A stretch of 64,000 bases of DNA, from positions 45,796 to 109,795 of the forward strand of contig CAYLVW010000003.1 of assembly GCA_964387275.1 (NCBI GenBank), given 5' to 3'. Below the pieces are notes generated by a model that made no database searches, had not been told where the DNA came from, and saw only the letters and a list, made by a program, of their open reading frames with translations. This DNA is from an uncultured Candidatus Saccharibacteria bacterium (GTDB taxonomy: Bacteria > Patescibacteriota > WWE3 > UBA101185 > UBA10185). Made by a program: the position numbers and the translations under genes. This document shows, in pieces, positions 43,014 through 52,709 of this stretch (position 1 is the stretch's first letter; the number at the start of each line of letters is the position of its first letter).

Positions 43014-43422
43014 ACTAAGATGCCTCCTTTAGGCATAGTTCTTTCTCCGTCTACGATTTACAGTTTATACCACCCAGAGTCGTAGCGAGTCAAATGATTC
43101 AGCATACCTATTAATAATAATAATCGATCCTGGGGCATTCTAGAGGCCATATGCCAGAATTTGTTGCTACTACAAGTAAAACAAGCCTTTACATGTCCCA
43201 TATAGTGTATAGAGAACTAAATAAGGAGGAGTCTAGTCATTAAAAAGCAAAACTAGCGGCAAGGGAAAACTATAGTGATAGACAAAATAGGGAATAAATA
43301 AAAAACTAAAATAATTTTTCAAATTTTTTTATCTTACAAATAAATTACTTCGCCAAAATAAAAACTAAAAATAAAATATAGACTAATTTTTAGAGAGAAG
43401 CGCACTTTACTAGATATCTGAA

Positions 43423-43450
43423 ACGTCGTTAAATGTATGTTTAACGACAT
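43423..43450. other. Candidate dif-like Xer recombination site
   Basis: ACGTCGTTAAA-TGTATG-TTTAACGACAT: 11-6-11 geometry, arms 10/11 complementary, near the xer gene. Confidence 0.65.
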
Positions 43451-43755
43451 TGAATTACATTTTAGGCCTTACTACAGTAACTAAAGAGATTCACAGGTAA
43501 AAAGAGAAGAGTTAGTAATCGGACAGTAATTTAATCCCGAATTTCACTAAATTAATCACTATAAAAAAATATTTAAATAAATAATAAATATATTATTAGT
43601 TTCTTAACCAGGCTCAACACCACAGCTTAAGTGATTGGGTTTGATATACCGCAGTCCTACATATCCACAAAGTCTACTCCCTGCACAGGTGGATATTACC
43701 TAAATTAGAATCAAAAATCATGGGTTTTTGTTGTTATATTAACCTAAAGAGGCAT

Positions 43756-43830
43756 AACTATGACAAACCTCCATAAAAACTATGACAATCCTACAATGGT
43801 CATTAGAATATTATTATGACAAACGTACAA
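43756..43830 (+). repeat. Three direct repeats of TATGACAA(A/T)C(C/G)T(A/C)CA
   Basis: Copies start at 43759, 43781 and 43815. Confidence 0.55.
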
Positions 43831-43989
43831 CTATAGGTTAGCAGACTACCCTATAGTATGCTACCCTGCTTCTCTGTCCCATACTGTAACCCGAAAAATT
43901 ACCCAACAAATAATTACTCAATAATTCCCTTTTTATTGCAGTGAAAAGGAAAATAAAAACTCACGATATATTTTTTATAAATATTAAGC

Positions 43990-44814
43990 TTAAGGATTAA
44001 ACACTAAAAGAATTGCCAAAAAGGTTGCGGTTATTACAAGATGCTGCACTATAAGATTCATAGTCACATTGTTTTTTAGTGTTTCAGAAACATAATTTAA
44101 GCAAAACATAAACACAGAGGCCACAAATATTGATCTTAGAAAGGATTCTGTAGGGATAAAAGATACCGCAAGTCCAGAGAAAAAGACAAAAAACATTGTG
44201 AAAATTACAAGGCTGGACTTCTCTCCTCTGGATAAATTCTTGTGAGAATCTTCGAAAGAGTATGACCATATGAGATACATGACAAGAGAGGCAGATGATA
44301 ACGATGCTATAAAATTCTGCACTATAGCATTAACATTTATCTTAAAAACTGATGCAAAGAATGGAATAGTTAAAGAGATTAACAAAATCTGCATCCAAGT
44401 CAGTGCAGCCCTGTACAATGGGATGCTCTCACTTCTCTCTTCAATCACTAAAAAAATATTGTTAATAAGCGATGCTATGTATAACGCAATAAAAAATAAA
44501 ATAACCAAAGTAATTTTGATGTAGATACTTAGATTTGGAAAGTAGTAAAAAGAGCCTAAAACACCAACAGTCAGATGAAAAGGCATCAAAGAATGGGTTG
44601 AGAAATTTCTAAATGAAACTGAGGGAAACTGGATGATAAATACTCCAAGAATTGAACATGCAAGCGCTAAAAACGTGTACAAAACTCTATACTCAAAACT
44701 ACCCCCAAAAGCAAAAAGCAACACAAAAAGGCTCACTAAGGCTGAGTAAATAGTAAATCTTGCTTTTTTATCTACTTTTAGTAGACTTGCGTTTAGTTTT
44801 TGCTTTAACTTCAT
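43990..44814 (-). CDS. Multi-pass membrane protein downstream of ruvC
   Basis: About 9 TM segments; NNIFLV...IPLYRAA motif recalled from CPR ruvC-adjacent proteins. Confidence 0.75.
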   Translation of the reverse strand: MKLKQKLNASLLKVDKKARFTIYSALVSLFVLLFAFGGSFEYRVLYTFLALACSILGVFIIQFPSVSFRNFSTHSLMPFHLTVGVLGSFYYFPNLSIYIKITLVILFFIALYIASLINNIFLVIEERSESIPLYRAALTWMQILLISLTIPFFASVFKINVNAIVQNFIASLSSASLVMYLIWSYSFEDSHKNLSRGEKSSLVIFTMFFVFFSGLAVSFIPTESFLRSIFVASVFMFCLNYVSETLKNNVTMNLIVQHLVITATFLAILLVFNP

Positions 44815-45292
44815 AATCTCCTGTTGTTTTTTTTAAATGACACAGTGCCATAGCAACAGCATCATTCTCATCATCAGATTTAATAATCTCTTTAAGAAAG
44901 AGGTGCTTTTGAACTGAGTTTTGCATGTCTTTCTTATCCGCTCTTCCATAACCAGTTAGTACTAACTTAGCTTGGAGGGCTGTATACTCATAAACTTTCA
45001 TATTATTCGTGGATGCTGCAAGTAAAGAGATCCCTCTTGCCTGACCCACATTTATCGCGGTCTTTGCATTAGTATTAAAAAATAGCTGTTCAATAACCAT
45101 AATATCGGGCTTGTGGTTATCAATAATCTGAGTTATTTCTTTAAAAAGTTTGGCCAATCTATCTGGAGTTTCCATATCTACTGTTGTAATAAGTACCGTG
45201 GAGTGAAGAAGCTTTGGTTTGGATGGTCTACTTACATCTAAAACAGCACAACCCATCCTAGCAGTACCAGGATCAATTCCAAGAATCTTCAT
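44768..45292 (-). CDS. ruvC: Holliday junction resolvase RuvC
   Basis: ILGIDPG, IEQLFF, GQARG, GYGRADK, DDENDAVAMA. Confidence 0.96.
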   Translation of the reverse strand: MKILGIDPGTARMGCAVLDVSRPSKPKLLHSTVLITTVDMETPDRLAKLFKEITQIIDNHKPDIMVIEQLFFNTNAKTAINVGQARGISLLAASTNNMKVYEYTALQAKLVLTGYGRADKKDMQNSVQKHLFLKEIIKSDDENDAVAMALCHLKKTTGDYEVKAKTKRKSTKSR

Positions 45293-45846
45293 TACTCCTG
45301 CCCTTCTTCTATTATTTTAAAATTATAGAAGACTTCCTGCACATCATCGTGATCTTCCAAAGCCTGAACAAAATCAAAAAGTTTATCCGAAGTCTCAGCA
45401 TCAGTGACTTCCATACTAAAAACAGGGTTTTTTGGATCGGATCCGAATATATACCCGACACTGCCTGGTGTACCCAAATTACCACCATGCCTACTAAATA
45501 TAGTTCTTAACTCAGCAACAGTTCTGTTTCTATTATCTGTAACAGCTTCAACCATAAATGCAAAGCCACCAGGGCCAAATCCTTCGTAGGTGACCTCCTC
45601 AATATGCTCCCCAGACAACTTACCCGTACCCTTGTCTATTGCCTTTTCGATGTTCTCTTTAGGCATTCGGTTTTCTTTAGCCTTCTCAACCGCAAGTCTT
45701 AGGGCTGGGTTTGAATCTAAATCACCGCCACCCTTTTTTGCTGCAACAGTAATAAGCCTGCTAAGCTTAGAAAATACCTGACCTCTTTTAGAGTCGTTGG
45801 CTGCTTTATCTCTTTTTATTGTTGCCCATTTCGAATGACCGCTCAT
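45292..45846 (-). CDS. yebC: YebC/PmpR family protein (shortened, 184 aa)
   Basis: [42 protein letters not shown]. Confidence 0.93.
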   Translation of the reverse strand: MSGHSKWATIKRDKAANDSKRGQVFSKLSRLITVAAKKGGGDLDSNPALRLAVEKAKENRMPKENIEKAIDKGTGKLSGEHIEEVTYEGFGPGGFAFMVEAVTDNRNRTVAELRTIFSRHGGNLGTPGSVGYIFGSDPKNPVFSMEVTDAETSDKLFDFVQALEDHDDVQEVFYNFKIIEEGQE

Positions 45847-45925
45847 AGCAGTAAAATTCTACCAAAACTTCCCTATCCTAACAAACAACTTGCTTTTACC
45901 AATATATTTTGTTAACTTCTTACTC

Positions 45926-46603
45926 ATGCAAAATTCAAGTATTATCGGACTAGAGAAAAAAGCTATTGATTTCGCACTAAACGCCAATTGGGAAGGAGCA
46001 GTTGAAATAAATCAACAAATACTGACCAGGGATCCGGATAACGTAGATGCAATGCTAAGGCTTGGTAAGGCTTACCTACAAACTAAAGAGTTTAATAAAG
46101 CAAAAAAAATGTTTAAAGAGGTCTTGAGCATTGATCCAATCAACTCCACGGCTCAAAAAAACCTCAAGCTGGCAACAGAAAAAAAATCTGAAAAACGAGT
46201 ACTACACTCCCTAAACTCAAACTCATTAATAATCGAACCAGGCACTTCAACTGAAGTAAAATTTGAAATTACCGCTAAAAGAGTGTTCTCTGAGGACTTC
46301 ACACCGGGAGAAAAATTCGGCCATAAGATAGAAAAAAACGGCATAAATGTGATCCGCCACAAAGAAGATGAAGATATTGAACTTGGAATAATAAACGGAG
46401 ATGTTGTGCAAAAATTACAATGGGCAAAAAGTCAAAATGCCAAAATTGAAGTCTACTTTGTAGGTGGAAAAGAAAAAATCATGGAAGTATTGGTCAAATG
46501 CTCTGTTCCGGTATTCAAGGGCGAAAAACAAGATATAAAACCTTACATTAAAAAAGATTCTATAGACGAACCAGAACTTGAGCTCCCAGAGACAGAAGAG
46601 TAG
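45926..46603 (+). CDS. Tetratricopeptide repeat protein
   Basis: WEGAVEINQQIL..DPDNVDAMLRLGKAY...DPIN..AQKNL. Confidence 0.8.
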   Translation: MQNSSIIGLEKKAIDFALNANWEGAVEINQQILTRDPDNVDAMLRLGKAYLQTKEFNKAKKMFKEVLSIDPINSTAQKNLKLATEKKSEKRVLHSLNSNSLIIEPGTSTEVKFEITAKRVFSEDFTPGEKFGHKIEKNGINVIRHKEDEDIELGIINGDVVQKLQWAKSQNAKIEVYFVGGKEKIMEVLVKCSVPVFKGEKQDIKPYIKKDSIDEPELELPETEE

Positions 46604-46610
46604 CTTATAT

Positions 46611-47468
46611 CTATCTTAAATCATCTAAATCAGCCAAATCCTTAGTAGTTTCATTAGGAAGTGCAACAATTTTGGGCTTTACCTCATTTACTACTTTTAC
46701 TGGTTTTTTTTCTTCGACGGATGGGTTCGGTTTTGGCTTTGCTCTAGAAACACTAGATACTACTGCAGTAGTGGGTTTAGAGGCAGGATGACCTCCACCG
46801 ACACCTTTAAAACTCTGCCCCTGCTTTTTAACCAAAGAAGGTTTTGGTAAAGAATTGCTTTCAGATTTTTGAGTTATAACTGCGGGTGCTTCAGACTTTA
46901 CTACCTTATTAAATGCAGCAAATGGAGCAGATAAATTAGACTCTGGCAATACCACATCAATTAAATCGTTTAGCTTTACCTGATTAAACTCAATAGCTCT
47001 ATCTAGAAGTAAATGAGACCCAGCTTCGGTAAGAACATGCCATTTCCCTTCTTTTTTTGTAACAACACCCTCAAGATTTTTCCTTGCTACTTTTTCAATT
47101 TGTTTAAATACTTTCTTCCCATCTTCCTCAATAATTTTCAAAATATCTCCGTAGACTAATCTGGATTTAGCAGCATAATTGGAGGGAACCTCATGCTTAG
47201 AGCCATCTGAGGCAATAATGTATTTGCCATCGTACTTCCCCTCAACGCCCGGCATAGATTTGTAATCCTTTCTCTCCATAATAGCCTCCATTACATCTTT
47301 TGCGGAATCTAAAGCACGCTCAGCTGCATCAACTAGCTTCTTTAATTTGTTTAATTGGCTTTTTAGATTGGGGTCTTTGAGATCTACAGTTAGATCTTCT
47401 TTGTTTAAAACAATACTTGTATCTGCGTCAGATGCAGTATTTTGCGATAAATTTATTGTATCTGTCAT
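46611..47468 (-). CDS. Conserved hypothetical protein (coiled coil, beta-barrel-like core, disordered tail)
   Basis: VEGKYDG...VPSNYAAKSRLVYGDILK..FKQI motif recalled from CPR proteins; SD AAGGAG. Confidence 0.7.
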   Translation of the reverse strand: MTDTINLSQNTASDADTSIVLNKEDLTVDLKDPNLKSQLNKLKKLVDAAERALDSAKDVMEAIMERKDYKSMPGVEGKYDGKYIIASDGSKHEVPSNYAAKSRLVYGDILKIIEEDGKKVFKQIEKVARKNLEGVVTKKEGKWHVLTEAGSHLLLDRAIEFNQVKLNDLIDVVLPESNLSAPFAAFNKVVKSEAPAVITQKSESNSLPKPSLVKKQGQSFKGVGGGHPASKPTTAVVSSVSRAKPKPNPSVEEKKPVKVVNEVKPKIVALPNETTKDLADLDDLR

Positions 47469-47615
47469 ATTTGCTCCTTTAATTAATGAGGTTCCGAGAA
47501 ATAAAATTTTCGGTACCTTCTTTTCTTGCGGGTGAAAGACCTCTCTTTCATATCTAGATTAAAACCTAAACTCTTTACCCGCTACGAAAATAAAATTTGA
47601 CTAACAAAATTATAA

Positions 47616-50186
47616 CTAATGATTGGCGGTTCCCGCAAATCTGGAAGAATCAGAGCCTCCTGAAACACTTCTAGACCCATCTGAAGGCTTTCTATCCTTA
47701 GCTTCCTGAGCAAGAGCTAATCCCTTATCAAAATTAGTTTCAACCCACTTATTTATTTTTTCTTCGACATAAATTCTATCAGTACCATACTTCTCCCTAC
47801 TTCTTGCAATTACCTTCTCCTTATTAGGGGTATTATTTATTATGTTGGAGCCAGATTCCCAAGGCAAAAGTATTCGTGCAGAAAAAGGCAAAGACGTCAT
47901 ACCATCTATCATAAGCTTGATATAAATGTTAAATCTCTCAAGCGATATAATATCACTTTGATCAAAATATGGCGCAAACTCGTTAGCTAATACCTTAGCA
48001 TCTGGAGCACCCAAAGAAAATGTTGCTATGGTACCGACATTACCAAAAACTGCTTTTAGTAAGTTCTCTGGCAACTGGTCTGTAAATTGGTGTGTCAAAT
48101 ACAAACCAAGTCCGTATTTTCGGGACTCTGATAATATTTCTTCAAAACTACCTGTTGCAAAATTTTGAAATTCATCAACATATAAGTAAAAGGGCCTTCT
48201 CTCTTTATAGGGTATCTTGGCTCTTTGTAAAGCCATAAACTGAATTCTAGAAACTAGTAAAGCTCCCAAAAGATTAGAGTTATCTGTACCTATCTTACCT
48301 TTGGATAAATTCATCAAAACAATCTTGCCGTTATTCATAGCTTCCCATAGATTTATTGTAGATTTTCGCTGTCCTAGAATATTTCTAATAGTTGTGGAAG
48401 CTAAAAACCTATTTACCTTGTTTTGGATAGGAGCTATGGCTTCTGTCGCAAATTTCTGATTTCCCTTTAGGTTTTTAAACTCGGTCTCCCAAAACCTAAG
48501 CACTACTGGATCCTTAACATAGTGGAGTATATACTTCCTGTAGTTATCATCCTCAAGCAATCTAGTTATGCCAAGTAGTGTGGTTCCAGGAACCTCCAGT
48601 AACGTCAAAATTGCGTAGTTAAGTAAATATTCCAATCTAGGACCCCAAGAAAAATCAAAATGGTGTTTAATAGCAGATACAAGGGCAGAAGCCATAATAT
48701 TTTTCTGAGAAGGGTCTTCCATTTCAAGCAGATTTAACCCTATGGGACGTTCTGTATCTGATGGGTCAAAGTAAATTACATCCTCGATTCTATTATCTGG
48801 AATGTGTTCTAAAACCTTATCTATAGTCTCACCATGAGGATCCAACACCCCAACGCCCGCACCATTTTGAATGTCCTGTGTGATCATGGTTTCGAGCAAT
48901 GTAGACTTACCTGTACCAGATTTACCAATTAGGTACATGTGCCTCAATCTATCATCGGTATTAGCCATCCCAAATCTAACCTTTGAACTTCTATACATAG
49001 TTTCTCCCATATAATTACAATCTGTAATTGGCAATGTTGACGGAGGTTCTGCTTTTTTTGAGTGTATCCAGGAAATATTTGGTGTTTCGACCTTATTAGA
49101 TGGCATATGATAGAGAGTTGCAAGCTCTTCAACATTCATAACAACAGCTCTCTCATCCTCGTACTGCCTCTTTATATAAGCATCTAGAGCATAATTTCTA
49201 TCATGTGATATTGTAGAAACAAACGCATTAGAAGATGTACTGGTAAACTGCTTTAAAGAAGCTACAACAGATCTGAGATTAGAAACTACCCTATCTTGGG
49301 TATTAGAAGAGGACATAACTCTAATAACAACCTTATAACCCATCTTGGCTAACTTATTCTCAATCCCACTTAACTCATTTTCCTGAACTGGAGTAAGTTT
49401 TGGAGGCCCAGCCGGCTTTACTGAAGCCACAGGCTTACCAAACCTATCAACCTCGGCGTTGTATCTAAAAGGCGATATAGCTATATTGGAAGCTAAATCC
49501 AGCATTTCCTTACCAATAGATCCCGCAAATTCAGCAAAAGGGTTGCTACCAGAGCTTTTCTTTAGATCTACCCCTTCCCTTATAGCGTTTGTATATTTGT
49601 AACCGTCATTTTGCCAAGTATCAGGAGTGGGTCTAACTAATACCTGCATCCACAAACTCTCTTCACCAAGCACTTCAGAAAAAGAAGAAGTTAACCCAGA
49701 TAATGGATCAGTCTCAAAATCTCTGAAAGTTTTTATTGGGAAAAAATCTGGTTTTGAAAAACTAAGGTAGCTTACCTCAAAAAAAGAATCACGGGGCGTA
49801 TATTTCTCAGTATAATCTGAAACAGGTATTAATTGAGCTGTGGGGTATTGAGCATAAAGCTGACTTTCTACAAATTTAATGGCGGATGGAGGGGCTGTAA
49901 AATAAAACTTCAAGCCTTCTCTACCAGTAGATACAATCTCAAAAGAAATGTTCTCCTGAACTATGGAGTCCTCCCTAAGAAGACCGTGTAAGGATGCGAA
50001 CATATTTTCTGCAGAAAGTGGGGAGGTTTCTAGTTGATTTTCATCAATTTTAGGTACGCGGATTTCAAAAACTTCAAAGGCACCGGAATTAGAAGCTGAG
50101 GTATCGATTTTAGAACCAAATCGTTTAAACGCTATAAAACCCCCGGTCAAGGCTATAAGACTAAAAACTATAAAATATATTGCCAT
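47616..50186 (-). CDS. Membrane-anchored HerA/TrwB/VirD4-like ATPase
   Basis: N-terminal TM, RHMYLIGKSGTGKST Walker A, LDPHG, LYVDEFQNF Walker B, SESRKY. Confidence 0.88.
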   Translation of the reverse strand: MAIYFIVFSLIALTGGFIAFKRFGSKIDTSASNSGAFEVFEIRVPKIDENQLETSPLSAENMFASLHGLLREDSIVQENISFEIVSTGREGLKFYFTAPPSAIKFVESQLYAQYPTAQLIPVSDYTEKYTPRDSFFEVSYLSFSKPDFFPIKTFRDFETDPLSGLTSSFSEVLGEESLWMQVLVRPTPDTWQNDGYKYTNAIREGVDLKKSSGSNPFAEFAGSIGKEMLDLASNIAISPFRYNAEVDRFGKPVASVKPAGPPKLTPVQENELSGIENKLAKMGYKVVIRVMSSSNTQDRVVSNLRSVVASLKQFTSTSSNAFVSTISHDRNYALDAYIKRQYEDERAVVMNVEELATLYHMPSNKVETPNISWIHSKKAEPPSTLPITDCNYMGETMYRSSKVRFGMANTDDRLRHMYLIGKSGTGKSTLLETMITQDIQNGAGVGVLDPHGETIDKVLEHIPDNRIEDVIYFDPSDTERPIGLNLLEMEDPSQKNIMASALVSAIKHHFDFSWGPRLEYLLNYAILTLLEVPGTTLLGITRLLEDDNYRKYILHYVKDPVVLRFWETEFKNLKGNQKFATEAIAPIQNKVNRFLASTTIRNILGQRKSTINLWEAMNNGKIVLMNLSKGKIGTDNSNLLGALLVSRIQFMALQRAKIPYKERRPFYLYVDEFQNFATGSFEEILSESRKYGLGLYLTHQFTDQLPENLLKAVFGNVGTIATFSLGAPDAKVLANEFAPYFDQSDIISLERFNIYIKLMIDGMTSLPFSARILLPWESGSNIINNTPNKEKVIARSREKYGTDRIYVEEKINKWVETNFDKGLALAQEAKDRKPSDGSRSVSGGSDSSRFAGTANH

Positions 50187-50315
50187 TTTTGCTCCTCCAT
50201 AAGCTTGTCATTAGGTACATGGTACCAATCTCTCTAAAAATTCTACTATAAATTAGAAACAATACCAGGTGCTGTTTTCAGTTATATAACAAGAAAAAAG
50301 CGACAGATATTAAAT

Positions 50316-50344
50316 CACCCCCGTCCTAATTTTGGACGAGGGTG
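50316..50344. terminator. Hairpin downstream of the LytR-domain gene
   Basis: CACCCCCGTCC...GGACGAGGGTG. Confidence 0.55.
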
Positions 50345-50372
50345 TAGAAAGGAGAGAGACAATACAGTCATG

Positions 50373-51452
50373 TTAATATAACTCAGACGCTTTGTCAAAT
50401 CCTAATATCACAACAATATCTGACCTATCAAGCTCGGCATCACCTACACCCACAACTTGCTCTTTGGTCACTACCTTTGTAATACCAAAAGTATTTTGCA
50501 ACCACGAAACAGTCTCAGAACCCTTATTAGAAGTAATAATTAAGCTCTCTTGATAAAGAGCATCGGAGTTACCCACCGAAACAACACGCACGTTCATATT
50601 TTCTACAACCCTCGCTCCAAAACTAGCAAAACCTCCCTTACCAGATCCATTTAATACAGACACAGTTAATGCTTCATGCTCAACTGCAGAGTCAGAGTTG
50701 AAATCTCGTACAAAAGAATCCAAATCAGTTGGATCTGTTATGTAAGTTTCTGAAAAGTTATACTTATATACCCTTTCTTCAGGAAGCTGAGACAAAAACT
50801 TTTGCATCTCTAATAAATCCCTAATTGTCATGTCTGTTTTAACATTAGTCTGAAACTCTCTTATAGATTTCAAATTAGTTAAAGAGTTAATTAAACCCGT
50901 TTCAAACAATTTGTCCGCATTTTCAATGTAAGAACCATTAACTAGTATGAATTTATCGACCTTAAAACCAAATATCTTTGAGACACTCTTTCGTAAGAAC
51001 TCGGTTCCTTCACCCACAGTACTACCCTCGTTCATCATACCTACCCTAAAAGCCTTACCAATCTCCTCATCAGAAAGGTTTCCAGGCATATCAACTACAG
51101 TTTTTGGGTTTATTGTGTATATGACAAGCTTATTTGTATTTTTTTGAAATAAGTAATACTTAATTCCTAATACTTCAGCTTCTTTGTCATTTAATGAGCT
51201 AACATTTACCTGCATTAGGGTAAAAATATCCAAAGATGATAAATCCTGCGAGTTTGAAGAAAATGCTGACACAAAACTAGATTGAAAAGATTTATATAAT
51301 AGCCCTCCCCCAAGCACTAAGACACTAAGTGAAAAAATCCCAGTAAGTATTAAGGACGAAACAACAAGTCTGGCAGACTTAGAGCGTTTTAAAACGTCGA
51401 TGTGCAGGATACTTCGTTTTTTTCTAATTCTATAGGCAGGATTTTTGGGCAT
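50373..51452 (-). CDS. LCP-like protein with LytR C-terminal domain
   Basis: TM anchor, degenerate LCP region (VKTDMT), VSVLNGSGKGG.A...VGN...DIVVILGFD. Confidence 0.8.
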   Translation of the reverse strand: MPKNPAYRIRKKRSILHIDVLKRSKSARLVVSSLILTGIFSLSVLVLGGGLLYKSFQSSFVSAFSSNSQDLSSLDIFTLMQVNVSSLNDKEAEVLGIKYYLFQKNTNKLVIYTINPKTVVDMPGNLSDEEIGKAFRVGMMNEGSTVGEGTEFLRKSVSKIFGFKVDKFILVNGSYIENADKLFETGLINSLTNLKSIREFQTNVKTDMTIRDLLEMQKFLSQLPEERVYKYNFSETYITDPTDLDSFVRDFNSDSAVEHEALTVSVLNGSGKGGFASFGARVVENMNVRVVSVGNSDALYQESLIITSNKGSETVSWLQNTFGITKVVTKEQVVGVGDAELDRSDIVVILGFDKASELY

Positions 51453-51585
51453 AAATCGTGATTAATTATGAAATCTCCTGACTTATTTTGCAATAGTTTT
51501 TATTAAACACAAAAAGACTGTCCAGAAACTTGAGTAATTTTTATATACAAACCTACCAATAACGTTTTGTTAGCAATGTTCTCAG

Positions 51586-52314
51586 TTAGTGAAGATTAAA
51601 CTCTTGAGGAGTGGGAGCTACTAATTCTAACCTATCTCCTGTATGGGGGTGATTCAAAATTAAAGTGTTCGCATGAAGCATAAGTCGGTTAAATAATGGA
51701 AACACTTGTTCATATTGTTTTTTGGTCATATAAATATCATCGCCTGCCACAGGATGCCCTATCCCGACTAAATGTACCCTTATTTGATGTGTTCTTCCAG
51801 TTCTAGGAAAAATATTAAACATGGTGAAATGTAACCCAGAAATCTCAAAATTGCCAATATTCTCCAAACTGGTGAAGGCATCTTTTCCTTCTGGAGACAT
51901 AATCATTTTATATCTGTAATCCGGGTTGCGCATGATAGGCGCATCTATTTCGATTTTTTGCTCTAGTACCTTACCTAATACAAGAGCAATATACTTCTTC
52001 TGTACTTCTCTATCTCTAAACTGCTTCTGCAGGTTGATAAAAGAAGCTTCATCTTTTGCAACTACTATAACCCCAGAGGTTTGTTTGTCCAGTCGGTGTA
52101 CTATACCTGATCTTAATTTAAACTCATCAAATTCTATGTCTTCCTCAGAACGGTCTAAAGAAGAACTCAATTCCTCGAAAGGAGCGTTGTAATGCTCTAT
52201 TAAATAAGATTGTAAGGTAAAATCACCGGAACTTTTAGATTTATTTACTACAACCCCAACAGGCTTGTCAAAAACTACCAAATATTCATCTTCGTAGATT
52301 ACCGGGATTTTCAT
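51586..52314 (-). CDS. RluA-family pseudouridine synthase
   Basis: DKPVG, HRLDKQTSG catalytic motif, TGRTHQIRVH, GDDIY, LHA. Confidence 0.93.
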   Translation of the reverse strand: MKIPVIYEDEYLVVFDKPVGVVVNKSKSSGDFTLQSYLIEHYNAPFEELSSSLDRSEEDIEFDEFKLRSGIVHRLDKQTSGVIVVAKDEASFINLQKQFRDREVQKKYIALVLGKVLEQKIEIDAPIMRNPDYRYKMIMSPEGKDAFTSLENIGNFEISGLHFTMFNIFPRTGRTHQIRVHLVGIGHPVAGDDIYMTKKQYEQVFPLFNRLMLHANTLILNHPHTGDRLELVAPTPQEFNLH

Positions 52315-52325
52315 TAAATGAAACT

Positions 52326-52709
52326 TTACTTAAAGTACGCTTTAACCTCATCAATTATCTTGTCAGGGGTTATTTCAGATTTTATTAAATAGCCATCGGC
52401 ACCAAGAGAAAATCCCTCGCTAATAATACTCTCACTATCTAGATTGGTTAGCAAGATGACAGGCTTAGCTTTTAGTTTATCATTTGACTTAATATGCTTG
52501 AGAATCTTCATACCGTCCTCACCAGGAAGCATTATATCTAAAAGTGCTAGATCCCATTCATCTGAAAATGCTCTTTTTAAACCAATGTCTCCGTCTTTTG
52601 CCTCTAAGACTTTGTAACCATTATCTCTTAAAACTTCAGCGTAGACCATTCTTATGTCAGAATCGTCTTCAACCAATAATATTATTTTTTCGTTATTTTG
52701 TGGTTCCAT
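52326..52709 (-). CDS. Single-domain response regulator
   Basis: LLVEDD, LLDIMLP phosphoacceptor, VILLTN, GADGYLIK. Confidence 0.92.
   Translation of the reverse strand: MEPQNNEKIILLVEDDSDIRMVYAEVLRDNGYKVLEAKDGDIGLKRAFSDEWDLALLDIMLPGEDGMKILKHIKSNDKLKAKPVILLTNLDSESIISEGFSLGADGYLIKSEITPDKIIDEVKAYFK

Noticed and set aside
43200-43300. Strong SD-like AAGGAGGAG on the plus strand
   Set aside because: No start codon at a suitable distance and no ORF follows; may be a decayed gene or part of an RNA, but this is unsupported
43756-43830. CRISPR array
   Set aside because: Repeats are only ~15 bp and degenerate, spacing is 22-34 bp, and there are no cas genes
41525-43989. Prophage or ICE integrase with cargo
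   Set aside because: The protein looks like a chromosomal Xer, and no phage, relaxase or replication genes are nearby
47616-50186. Conjugative element
   Set aside because: Lone coupling-protein-like ATPase among core genes with no mating-pair or relaxase genes
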